A stretch of DNA of 64,000 nucleotides from positions 32,001 through 96,000 of the forward strand of contig JAZQAZ010000010.1 in assembly GCA_045545475.1 (NCBI GenBank), read 5' to 3'. Each line of letters begins with the position of its first letter. Positions within the stretch are counted from its first letter, which is position 1. Source of the stretch: Clostridia bacterium (GTDB taxonomy: Bacteria; Bacillota; Clostridia; CAKSNL01; HGM11501). The notes below the pieces were generated by a model. That model saw only the letters and a program-made list of their open reading frames with translations, had not been told where the DNA came from and did no database searches. Shown here piece after piece: positions 19,535-28,556 of this stretch. A program made the translations under genes and the position numbers.

Positions 19535-22500
19535 ATGAGAATAGAGGACAGATTAATCGGACTTGCTACGGAGTTTAAAAATCAGCATGATAAATTTTTA
19601 AGCTTGGGGATGCAGGCGAAAAGTGTAGAAGATAAATATGATGCTCTTTCGAAAGAAATCAAAATGAAATATGAGCAGAAAAAACGAGCTAAAGAACAGC
19701 TTAAGGAAACCATATATAAGTACTACAGAATCGCCAAAGAAAATACAAGTAATGAGATAAGGGCAAATGATGTGGCTTTAATCCCTGATATAGCGAAAAT
19801 CAATAATCTTGTTAACGAAATTGATATTACAAAAGATGACGATTTGAAAGCAAGAGAAGTTGTCAGTCTGGTAAGTAAATATATATCGTATGTTAACAGA
19901 GAAATTTCGATGCTTGCCGGTGAAGAAAAAGCAGAACAAAGAAAAAATGATGAACTTAAAGCGACCGCCATGAATCGGATGTATGCTGAAAGGCAAAAGT
20001 TGTTGGATGGCTGTAAAAAATATTTAAGCAGCGATAATGTTTTAACCTTAGTGCAATTGCTTGGTCTTATTGAAAAGGAATACGAAATTGGGGCGAATTA
20101 TTTCGCGAATTGGAAACCTGCGACAAAAAAAGTAGATACAATGCTGTACGGATACCGAAAGTATCATGTGGATTGTCCCGCATTTTTGCTTGATGATATG
20201 AGCCGCATATTCGGAAAGCATTTTGATAAGAGCAGAAGTTTGATTGATTTCCCTTGCGGATATGATATGGGTAAAACTAATGTTTTTGATATTGAATATA
20301 CTGACAAAACAGCAGGAGAAGTTGCTGATGGTATAAAATCGTGGATTCTTAATTTGCTGAAATATTATAAGCCGAGCGAATTGAGAGTTACATTAATTGA
20401 TCAAATTCATTATAGTCCCGGCATACTCGGTAAACTTTCTGCACTGATTACTGCAAAGAATAGCCTTATATCCAAGGTTCCGTATGACGAAAATGACTTG
20501 CGTTTGGAAATTGCCAAACTGGCAAATTACTACAGAGACGTTGAAAATCTCATAGGTTATTCCACGGTACGTGAATATAATACAAAGAAAGAAAACGTTA
20601 AAAAAATTCCGGAGCGTTTATTTATTATAAACAGAAATGATCAGGTGAGCACAGGATATGAAAAAGCGGAATTGATGTATATTCTTAACAATGCCGAAAA
20701 GTTTGGAATAACGGTTATTATTATGACTCGCAAAAGAGATATTGAACAAAAAACCAGGAACAGCATTAATTTGCCGAATACTAAATTTATTAAAACTGAT
20801 GCCAACGGAAATCTGTATATATTCGATAATGGCAATTGGATAGCGTTTAGTATTAATAAATTGAGTTGTGACATTCCTGCGGATTTTATTCAAAAGATAT
20901 TGAAAGAAACCACCCCTGTTGAGATTGGAACGAAGTATCCTAAGCGATTTCAGATAACTACGCCGAAAAAATCCATAGGAAAGCACAAAGATATTACAAT
21001 TCCCTTTGCTGTCGACAATAATGATAAGGCTGTGTATTGCAACTTTGATAATGAAAACTTTGCGGCATTTATGATGGGGTCATCTCGCTCGGGTAAAAGT
21101 ACATTGCTTCATGTAATGATTTCGCACCTGGTTATGAATTATCATCCCGATGAATTGGAGCTGTGGTTGGTTGACCTTAAAATGAATGAATTTAGTCTGT
21201 ATGCAAATGTATGCCCTCCGCATCTCAAATATCTTTTGCTTGAAAAGTCACCTGATCTTGTGTATGACCTGCTAGATAAACTTACAGAAGAACTTGAAAA
21301 ACGCAAAATAGTATTTTCAAGAAATGATTGGAAAAAAATTACTGATGTTCCGATTAATGTGTATATGCCGGTGATATTCGTCATTATTGACGAATTTGCA
21401 CAGATGTCCCAGATAATAAAAAACGACAACGGAAGAGGATATGCCGGAGTTCTTGAAAATCTCCTAAGACAAGGCGGCGGTTACGGATTTAAATTTATAT
21501 TTGCCGATCAGACATATACAACCGGTGTGGAAGGATTAACCGATCCTGCAAGGGAACAGATTCAACTTCGTTTTGCATTATATAACAATAACAGAAGCGA
21601 AATTAGACACACATTATATCTTTCGGACAATCAGATAACAACGCAGGTTGATGAATGGATAAGCACAATGCCTGTTTATCATACGCTGTTTAAGTGGAGA
21701 GACGAAAAACAAAAAATACATGTGGACCTGTTAAGGAATATGTATATTGAATCCGACGCAAAAGGGTCGAATAAATATATCAGCGAAGTTATAAACACGG
21801 TGAATTCTAAAATTAAAGCGGTTCCTTACGGTACTGTAACCACAGACAATACATATATATATCGAATGCCCGTATGTATAAATGGAAGCCACCCCAGGAC
21901 TATTCAAAGCTTGTCTCAAGCTTATGCGGAATATGAAAGTCGTCTTAAAGGGAATGGATACTTCCCCGAAGATACATTGATTTATCAGGGTGTTCCGTGT
22001 AGCTTTAATTTAGTTAAACCATTCTTGCTGAAAAACACATCTTCAGAAAATATATTTATAATAAAAGATCGAGCCGGTAAACTCGGATATCAGATGAGCG
22101 TGTTGCTTTCAATATTGAAAAGTTTTATGCGTAATTCAGGAGAAATTGAGGTCTGGGCCCACTACAGATCAGGTTTGTATGCTGAATATGGCTCGCTTTT
22201 GTCAAAAAAGTGTACGGTTATTACAGACCTATTGGGAATTTGCAGAAGAGCAGAAGCAATCAAAAATGATATTTTATCCGGTAAAAAGAGCAACAAAATG
22301 GTCGTAGTGTTAGGGTATGAATACATTTGCGACGAGTTGGAAAACTTAAGCTTACTTCAATCCTATGCAAATAAGAATACCAATCAATCCGTTGTTGATT
22401 CGGATGATGATTTTCCGAAAACAGCCGGGGAGTTAAAAAAATTAGTTGACAATACTCCCGACAAGAATGAAAAAGCAAGAATTATTGCTAAATTTAATCA

Positions 22501-22897
22501 ATATGTCAATAATTACAATAATAAACAGGGTGAAAACATAAACAATAGTCCTAAAGTACCTAGTACTTCACTATCAGACATCAAGGATACAATTAAATTA
22601 CTATTACGCATTGCACCGCAATTTGGAGTTCATTTTACATTTTGCTTCGAGGATACAAGCGGATTTATTAAGTTAAGGATGCCTGAAAACGACATTATAC
22701 ATAAAATATATATGGCAATAGCTCCGGTGGAAGCAAGGGCAATAGGGATGAAGAATGCAGGAACGCTGAGAGAAGGAACAAGCTTGTATTTTAATGGTGC
22801 GGAAGAAGTAACTTTCAGGCCTCATATACACTATGAAGTTCCTTATCCTAAGTGGAAGATAAGCAGTACAGGAGAAGTCGTGGAGGACTTTAAATAA
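19535..22897 (+). CDS. FtsK/SpoIIIE (EssC/EccC-like) ATPase, no transmembrane segment seen
   Basis: Walker A GSSRSGKS, LWLVDLK, Walker B IFVIIDEFAQ, GFKFIFADQ; N-terminal coiled coil; degenerate ATPase-like regions on both sides. Confidence 0.85.
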   Translation: MRIEDRLIGLATEFKNQHDKFLSLGMQAKSVEDKYDALSKEIKMKYEQKKRAKEQLKETIYKYYRIAKENTSNEIRANDVALIPDIAKINNLVNEIDITKDDDLKAREVVSLVSKYISYVNREISMLAGEEKAEQRKNDELKATAMNRMYAERQKLLDGCKKYLSSDNVLTLVQLLGLIEKEYEIGANYFANWKPATKKVDTMLYGYRKYHVDCPAFLLDDMSRIFGKHFDKSRSLIDFPCGYDMGKTNVFDIEYTDKTAGEVADGIKSWILNLLKYYKPSELRVTLIDQIHYSPGILGKLSALITAKNSLISKVPYDENDLRLEIAKLANYYRDVENLIGYSTVREYNTKKENVKKIPERLFIINRNDQVSTGYEKAELMYILNNAEKFGITVIIMTRKRDIEQKTRNSINLPNTKFIKTDANGNLYIFDNGNWIAFSINKLSCDIPADFIQKILKETTPVEIGTKYPKRFQITTPKKSIGKHKDITIPFAVDNNDKAVYCNFDNENFAAFMMGSSRSGKSTLLHVMISHLVMNYHPDELELWLVDLKMNEFSLYANVCPPHLKYLLLEKSPDLVYDLLDKLTEELEKRKIVFSRNDWKKITDVPINVYMPVIFVIIDEFAQMSQIIKNDNGRGYAGVLENLLRQGGGYGFKFIFADQTYTTGVEGLTDPAREQIQLRFALYNNNRSEIRHTLYLSDNQITTQVDEWISTMPVYHTLFKWRDEKQKIHVDLLRNMYIESDAKGSNKYISEVINTVNSKIKAVPYGTVTTDNTYIYRMPVCINGSHPRTIQSLSQAYAEYESRLKGNGYFPEDTLIYQGVPCSFNLVKPFLLKNTSSENIFIIKDRAGKLGYQMSVLLSILKSFMRNSGEIEVWAHYRSGLYAEYGSLLSKKCTVITDLLGICRRAEAIKNDILSGKKSNKMVVVLGYEYICDELENLSLLQSYANKNTNQSVVDSDDDFPKTAGELKKLVDNTPDKNEKARIIAKFNQYVNNYNNKQGENINNSPKVPSTSLSDIKDTIKLLLRIAPQFGVHFTFCFEDTSGFIKLRMPENDIIHKIYMAIAPVEARAIGMKNAGTLREGTSLYFNGAEEVTFRPHIHYEVPYPKWKISSTGEVVEDFK

Positions 22898-22922
22898 AAA
22901 TTAAAAGAAAGAAGGTAAAAAA

Positions 22923-23180
22923 ATGGCTGTAGAACTTGAATCCTTAATAGCAGTGTCAAGAGCGTTGGAGGAATACGCTGAAAATGTCACTCAAGATATA
23001 GCTAAAATGGCAGATGCAGCAGTTGATTGCCATGATAACATGGAGAAGGACGAATATAGTAAGAAGGCAATAAATAACCTTAAAGGGTGCCTTGAAGAAT
23101 TAAAAAAGGCTACTGTAAAGGCTATTGAAGTGAAAGAAGATATTGATGAATTGATTAAGAAAATACGTAAAGGTATTTAA
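22923..23180 (+). CDS. small helical hairpin protein, WXG100-like (85 aa)
   Basis: Two amphipathic helices with a central turn (NMEKDEYS), directly after the FtsK-like ATPase; no literal WXG. Confidence 0.6.
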   Translation: MAVELESLIAVSRALEEYAENVTQDIAKMADAAVDCHDNMEKDEYSKKAINNLKGCLEELKKATVKAIEVKEDIDELIKKIRKGI

Positions 23181-23201
23181 AAGTTGAAAGAGGCCATAGC
23201 A

Positions 23202-24221
23202 ATGAGAGTTGAAATAAGCGAAAATGGAGCACGGGAATTAGAGGCTTTAGCGTATTATGTTAAAAAGCTGTTTTCCGATATTGAGAACGAATGCATGGTT
23301 CTGAACAATGTTGTTAAAAATACCGAGGGACTCGGCGTTTATGAAGAAAAAATAAAAGATCTGGTTTTAAATGTTGAGCACATAATAAATCTAAATAAAA
23401 ACTCCGTTGAGACTATAGCATCGGCAATTAATGATATAGCTTACGACATACGTGTATTGCTTAATGCACTTGGAGGAGCTGGTGGTATCGGAGTAATGAA
23501 TGTTAAAAATATGGGAATGTCTACAAAGGCCGGACAAGGAGCTGTGCAAACAGCAGCTAACATTATTCCCGATGTTGCTCCGCTTGCATCAACTGCACAG
23601 ACAATCAGAGTGGTTAAAAATGAAGACGGTACAATTTCCAAAGTGTTCGATCATCCGGAAAAATTGGCTATGGCATTAGGGTGCACACAGGGGAATAACA
23701 ACTATGGTATGCTGGGAACTTGCGGACTAGCCAGTACTGCACAGTGGCTGAAAATTATGGGCAGTCGATACACTGAAAATGATGTTGTGGGCTATGCATA
23801 CAACTCAAATCTATGCAGCTCAACCGGTGGCACAAGCATATTTGATATTGTGAAAATTTGGGATGCGTTCGGAATAAGTGCTCAGTATATGTTTAAACCA
23901 AAGCTTTCGGAACTGGCTGATTACATAGAAGAAGGCCGTGCTGTTGTGGTAGGCGTAAACGCCGGAAAGCTATGGGGGATGGATAATCCTGAAGGCTATG
24001 ATTGCTTTTTACATTACGGCGATGGCGGAGCTAATCATGCTATTTCTATAACCAGTGTAATGCGCGATCCGGTTACAGATGCTATACAGGGATTTTATAT
24101 CAGTGATACAGGACGTGGATATGACAGAGACAGGTGTCGTTTTATTTCCTTGTCGGATATGGAATATGCCTTGTATGTCAACAGAGGTTCTGCGTGTATT
24201 TCTAATAAACCCATGTGGTGA
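23202..24221 (+). CDS. WXG100-like N-terminal domain fused to a papain/C39-like cysteine peptidase; putative effector
   Basis: N-terminal LGVYEEKI hairpin, Gly-rich linker GGAGGIG, then QG...GTCGLAS (Gln/Cys), NHAISI (His), YISDTG (Asp). Confidence 0.7.
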   Translation: MRVEISENGARELEALAYYVKKLFSDIENECMVLNNVVKNTEGLGVYEEKIKDLVLNVEHIINLNKNSVETIASAINDIAYDIRVLLNALGGAGGIGVMNVKNMGMSTKAGQGAVQTAANIIPDVAPLASTAQTIRVVKNEDGTISKVFDHPEKLAMALGCTQGNNNYGMLGTCGLASTAQWLKIMGSRYTENDVVGYAYNSNLCSSTGGTSIFDIVKIWDAFGISAQYMFKPKLSELADYIEEGRAVVVGVNAGKLWGMDNPEGYDCFLHYGDGGANHAISITSVMRDPVTDAIQGFYISDTGRGYDRDRCRFISLSDMEYALYVNRGSACISNKPMW

Positions 24222-24234
24222 TGGAGGGGAAGGC

Positions 24235-24708
24235 ATGAACTTAGAAAAATTAATGGAATATATTAATTCGAATTGCAGTGTATATAACATATGCGATAAT
24301 GAATGTTTGTCACTTCCGATGCCTTTGGGTATAAATGGGAAAATGGTTGTATTTACTTATACCGTTACCATGGGAATGCCTGCAATAATCACGGTTACTA
24401 AAAAAATAATATTGGATGCAGAGTCTTACGAAACCGATTTTGAAATCATCCAAAACCCTGATTTATCAGAAAATGAGAGTTATTTAGAAACCTACAAAGA
24501 TTTACCTGTTACAACATCAGCGGATAAAGTGTATGAGGAAAATATGAGATTGTTGCAAAGAATGCTGGAAAGTAATTTTTCGTGCGACCGAACTGCGGAA
24601 TTTGCAAAATATTTTGCGAATGCAATGCCGCAGTCTTTACAATCGGTATATTATTCTGTTATACCTGAGTTTTTTATCGAGATAAGAGGTATTTTAAGTA
24701 AAGGTTAA
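24235..24708 (+). CDS. hypothetical protein, candidate immunity partner of the peptidase
   Basis: RBS GGAGGGG before ATG 24235; immediately downstream of the putative effector; role inferred from position only. Confidence 0.6.
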   Translation: MNLEKLMEYINSNCSVYNICDNECLSLPMPLGINGKMVVFTYTVTMGMPAIITVTKKIILDAESYETDFEIIQNPDLSENESYLETYKDLPVTTSADKVYEENMRLLQRMLESNFSCDRTAEFAKYFANAMPQSLQSVYYSVIPEFFIEIRGILSKG

Positions 24709-24721
24709 GAAGGTGATAGCT

Positions 24722-25081
24722 ATGGCTAGATATAATATATCAAAGGAAAGCTTGACTTTATTGGACGAGCTGGCTGATAATCTTACAGAGAGCGTAAGTA
24801 ATATCAATATTCAGACATACGAATTATTAAATTTGGTAACAAAACTTGGCGATACACTTGGTGTTTATCAAAAAGGCGTTTTGAAACTTATAAAAGACGT
24901 TATTGCGATTAACGATTCAGCACAGAGTGAAACCAAATATTTGATAGGAACCACCATTCCTGCAATACAGGATAATATAAGATTTCTGTTGAGTCATGAA
25001 CTTGGATCCGGAGAAGAAAGTGATGACGACGAAGACCCGGCAATAAAAAAATTGGTATTAAAACTTCCGAGAAGGATGTAA
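24722..25081 (+). CDS. WXG100-like protein (LGVY turn) with acidic/basic C-terminal tail
   Basis: Aligns with the N-terminus of 23202 and with 25110; ends SGEESDDDEDPAIKKLVLKLPRRM. Confidence 0.65.
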   Translation: MARYNISKESLTLLDELADNLTESVSNINIQTYELLNLVTKLGDTLGVYQKGVLKLIKDVIAINDSAQSETKYLIGTTIPAIQDNIRFLLSHELGSGEESDDDEDPAIKKLVLKLPRRM

Positions 25082-25109
25082 TAGTTAATTTAAAACAGGA
25101 GGAAAAGAG

Positions 25110-25388
25110 ATGACTAAAGTAGATATTAGTGCAAAGGGAATTGAACATTTAGAAAAGCTTAAAGAGGATTTAATAAAAATAAGTAACGAAATTGAAGAAG
25201 AAGGTCAGACACTCAAATCTCTTGTTGTAAGAGAAGGCGACTCTTTAGGAGTTTATGAAGAAAAAATACTTGAGTTAATTGAAGAAATTAAAAAAATTGA
25301 AGAGGTTGGAAGAGAATCCCTTCCTGAATTAAATAAAAAACTGGAAGAAAAAATTGAGGAAATAAAAGATTTGATGAAATATCTTTAA
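25110..25388 (+). CDS. WXG100-like protein (LGVY turn), 92 aa
   Basis: RBS AGGAGG; helix-GDSLGVYEEKI-helix. Confidence 0.7.
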   Translation: MTKVDISAKGIEHLEKLKEDLIKISNEIEEEGQTLKSLVVREGDSLGVYEEKILELIEEIKKIEEVGRESLPELNKKLEEKIEEIKDLMKYL

Positions 25389-25418
25389 GCTTATTCTTTG
25401 AAGGGAAGAGGAAACAGA

Positions 25419-26207
25419 GTGGAACCAATAACTAACAGTGTGGTAAAAGAAAGAATTCGTTTGAGAATTGAAGATGAAATCGGAAAAGAAATATATGAAA
25501 TAAATTGTAAGGCAAATGAAGAGATTTATAAACTGAAGCCTAAAAATCTACCTGATCCGATAGGATGGGGATGTCTCGGATTGATTTTAGCTTGCGGGAC
25601 ATTCGGCATAGGCTTTTTAGTTTGTCTGTTAGGATACCATATACATAAAGCTGCGGTTGAAGGGGATAACGAAGCAATCGAAATTAAAAAGAAAAAAATC
25701 AGAGCTGATGCCGACGCGAAGATTGCTAAGCTTAAACAAACTGCTGACCTGAAAACACGTAAGGAAATTCTTGCATATGATACGGATGTTCAACGACATG
25801 TAAAAAGCGCATCGACTAAGACTAAGGAATTAGGGCCTATGGTTGCACATGTTGCAATGATGTTTGAAAGAATGATTTCTCACGCTGATAAAGGAACAAA
25901 TAAGCGATTCATAGAAGCTTACTTTACATTTGAAGTAACTAAGACTATGATTATATATCATTACCAAAGCACATATACAAACAGCAATGACAATTATGAT
26001 TTTGATAAAAATCGTTATAAATTGCTTACTGAAGATGCAGAATGTGAAGCTCTTGCTCAGGTGCTGACCGTTTTATCTACTAAGAAGGTTATAGCGAAAT
26101 ACCCGGCAAATTCGGTTAATATTAATGTGACGCATAATGATGCGAAAGTAACTATACATTTCAAGGCAGCAAATCCTAATTTTATAAACTCCATAAAAAT
26201 TATTTAA
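25419..26207 (+). CDS. hypothetical membrane protein with coiled coil
   Basis: GTG start after GAGG; hydrophobic stretch WGCLGLILACGTFGIGFLVCLLGY. Confidence 0.7.
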   Translation: MEPITNSVVKERIRLRIEDEIGKEIYEINCKANEEIYKLKPKNLPDPIGWGCLGLILACGTFGIGFLVCLLGYHIHKAAVEGDNEAIEIKKKKIRADADAKIAKLKQTADLKTRKEILAYDTDVQRHVKSASTKTKELGPMVAHVAMMFERMISHADKGTNKRFIEAYFTFEVTKTMIIYHYQSTYTNSNDNYDFDKNRYKLLTEDAECEALAQVLTVLSTKKVIAKYPANSVNINVTHNDAKVTIHFKAANPNFINSIKII

Positions 26208-26248
26208 GGTAGAGTTTGTTGCGAATATATTTTGAAAAGGTATAATAA

Positions 26249-26288
26249 AAAATAGAGTCTTTCGACATGGCTAGAAAGACTCTATTTT
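26249..26288 (+). terminator. 15-bp perfect hairpin between the FtsK module and the radical SAM gene
   Basis: AAAATAGAGTCTTTC-N10-GAAAGACTCTATTTT. Confidence 0.7.
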
Positions 26289-26350
26289 GGATACCGAGTG
26301 TGTTGGCAATCGGTGTCTGCGTTTACATTTTGGGGAGAGATGGTGTGTTT

Positions 26351-27349
26351 ATGAAGTACAAAATTAAAAAATGTGTTTGGGAATTAACTACTGCATGCAC
26401 AATGAACTGTAAACATTGCGGTTCTAAGGCCGGAAATAAAAGGGACAATGAACTTAAATGGGATGAGGCTAAGAAAGTAGCAGAACAGCTTGTTGAATTA
26501 GGATGCGAAAAGGTTGCCTTAATTGGTGGGGAAGTTACATTGGTTCCATATTGGGCAGAGTTAGCACACTTTTTTTCGGTCAATAGTGTAGTGTGTGATA
26601 TTATAACGAACGGATACCGAAAATCCGAAAAAGATTATGAGCAGATTGCGAAATCTAAGGTACGGGCGGTGGCAATTTCTATTGACGGTTTTAGAGATGT
26701 ACATAATAAAATCAGAGGAAAAGATGATGCCTTTGAAGAATTGGAAAAATTCGTGGATAGATTGAATGAAATGCATATAAAGATAACGGCTATTACAACT
26801 ATAACAAAGGAATGTATCGCCGATTTACCTGAAATTTATAATTGGCTGAAGAGTAAAAAGGTAATTGCGTGGCAATGGCAACAAGTATCTCCGATGGGCA
26901 ATGCCAAGGATAATTTATTGAATTGCCTTTCGAAGGATGACTTACGTGAAGTGATAGATATTTATGAGAAACTGAGCGGGGCGGAAGTATTGCTGTCAAT
27001 GGCAGATAATATAGGTTATTATTATGCATATAAGAATAGATTGTTTCAACAATTTAAAGGTTGTGCGGCGGGATTATGCGTTATAGGTATAGATAGTGTT
27101 GGAAATGTAAAGGGTTGCGAGTCACTGTATGATGATAAGTATATAGAAGGAAATTTGCGAGAAGAAACATTAGCCGACATATGGAACGATGACACAAGAT
27201 TTTCTTATAATCGCAATTTCAGTATAGAATTGATGAGTGGCAATTGTAAAGAGTGTGATGTGAAACACATATGTGCCGGCGGATGCAGAAGCTTTAATGC
27301 ATTTAATGGCGAACTATATAATCATGTGAATTGTATAAAAAATATTTAA
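26351..27349 (+). CDS. radical SAM/SPASM enzyme, splicease-like peptide/protein maturase
   Basis: CVWELTTACTMNCKHCGSKAG (CxxxCxxC), IGGE, SIDG, SPASM cysteines GCAAG...VKGC...CKECDVKHICAGGCRS. Confidence 0.9.
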   Translation: MKYKIKKCVWELTTACTMNCKHCGSKAGNKRDNELKWDEAKKVAEQLVELGCEKVALIGGEVTLVPYWAELAHFFSVNSVVCDIITNGYRKSEKDYEQIAKSKVRAVAISIDGFRDVHNKIRGKDDAFEELEKFVDRLNEMHIKITAITTITKECIADLPEIYNWLKSKKVIAWQWQQVSPMGNAKDNLLNCLSKDDLREVIDIYEKLSGAEVLLSMADNIGYYYAYKNRLFQQFKGCAAGLCVIGIDSVGNVKGCESLYDDKYIEGNLREETLADIWNDDTRFSYNRNFSIELMSGNCKECDVKHICAGGCRSFNAFNGELYNHVNCIKNI

Positions 27350-27371
27350 AAATAGCGAATGGGGTGTAAAT

Positions 27372-27965
27372 ATGGAACTTAATAAATTGTTGGTCATAGA
27401 AAAACAATATATAGATGCATATTTAAATGCAACTATATTATCTAAAAATTATCTTGAAAAACTTTTAGCTGAGGTAAAAAACTTATCAACAACCATTACC
27501 GAAACAGTGATATATAAAAATATGTTTAACGTGATATCAACAGCTTATGATCTTGTATTGGATATGGAAGAATTATGTAAGAAAGCAGTTTTTATAGAGG
27601 GTGAGATGGCATATCCTGAAAACTATAAGTTTGAAGAGATATCAAATATAGAAAATAAAGTAAATACAGCAGAAAGATATGAATATTTAATGCATGAGCT
27701 ATATAACGCTATGAGAAAAATAGGAACAGAAAGAACTATTTTTGCAGCGATTAATATAGCTGAGGAAAAGGGAAATATTTACATGATAGAGTTAAAAGTT
27801 GCGAAAAATCAAATTGACAGTATGCAATGTAGAGAGTTATACGGTCCTCCAGATTTTGACGATGACTTTGAAAAAAATAGAGATGACATTACGCAGCAGG
27901 CTACAATATACGGTCCTCCGGATTTTGACGATGACTTTGACACTAGCTTTGGTTCTTGGAAATAA
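27372..27965 (+). CDS. helical protein with duplicated C-terminal (L/I)YGPPDFDDDF motif; candidate rSAM substrate
   Basis: Directly after the rSAM gene; repeat visible in protein and DNA. Confidence 0.75.
   Translation: MELNKLLVIEKQYIDAYLNATILSKNYLEKLLAEVKNLSTTITETVIYKNMFNVISTAYDLVLDMEELCKKAVFIEGEMAYPENYKFEEISNIENKVNTAERYEYLMHELYNAMRKIGTERTIFAAINIAEEKGNIYMIELKVAKNQIDSMQCRELYGPPDFDDDFEKNRDDITQQATIYGPPDFDDDFDTSFGSWK
27838..27940 (+). repeat. 34-bp direct repeat x2 (69-bp period) encoding YGPPDFDDDF
   Basis: TATACGGTCCTCC(A/G)GATTTTGACGATGACTTTGA at 27838-27871 and 27907-27940. Confidence 0.9.
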
Positions 27966-27986
27966 TCTTAAATACAGGAGTGTGTT

Positions 27987-28481
27987 ATGGAAAGGTTGAT
28001 ATTAAAAAACCGCAAGATTTTAGAAATGGTTTTCGTATTACATAAACAGTTGGGTATTATTTTTGATGAGTGGATTGTTGAACTTGAGCATCTCAAAGTA
28101 TTCAGTGGGATGGAAGTTCCGGAAGTTGATGCTGTGCATTTGTTGATGAAATGTCTGGAAGAGATTTTAGAAGAGTGTAATTATGGTAATATCGAAAGAT
28201 ACACCTTAGATTATCCCGAAAATTTCTCGGAAGAGTTTAACGAGACAATACTTCAAATTTATAAAACATACGAAAGAATTCTTCAAAAAATATGTAATCT
28301 CAAAGAAGGCATAACATCACTTATATTTAATAAGAAGATTGTATTAAATATGCCGGACTGTAGCTCTGATATGAGATTATTGTCAATGATAGCTGATGAA
28401 ATTAATATATATTTGAAGTTATTGACAGAAATACAGATTAAATGCAGAGAAATTAATACTATTTACGGAACAGCTTTATGA
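27987..28481 (+). CDS. paralog of the 27372 protein, ending in IYGTAL; candidate rSAM substrate
   Basis: Shares YPEN(Y/F) and CRE...YG motifs with 27372; RBS AGGAG. Confidence 0.7.
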   Translation: MERLILKNRKILEMVFVLHKQLGIIFDEWIVELEHLKVFSGMEVPEVDAVHLLMKCLEEILEECNYGNIERYTLDYPENFSEEFNETILQIYKTYERILQKICNLKEGITSLIFNKKIVLNMPDCSSDMRLLSMIADEINIYLKLLTEIQIKCREINTIYGTAL

Positions 28482-28556
28482 TAAGAGGTATCTTGAAACT
28501 TCAAGGTGTAATATGCTCAAGAAAAGTATCTATGAGAAAACATGGAGAAGCTTATA

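Noticed and set aside
27838-27940. 34-bp repeats separated by 35 bp look like a minimal CRISPR unit
   Set aside because: Only two copies, in frame within a CDS with a synonymous difference, not palindromic, and no cas genes
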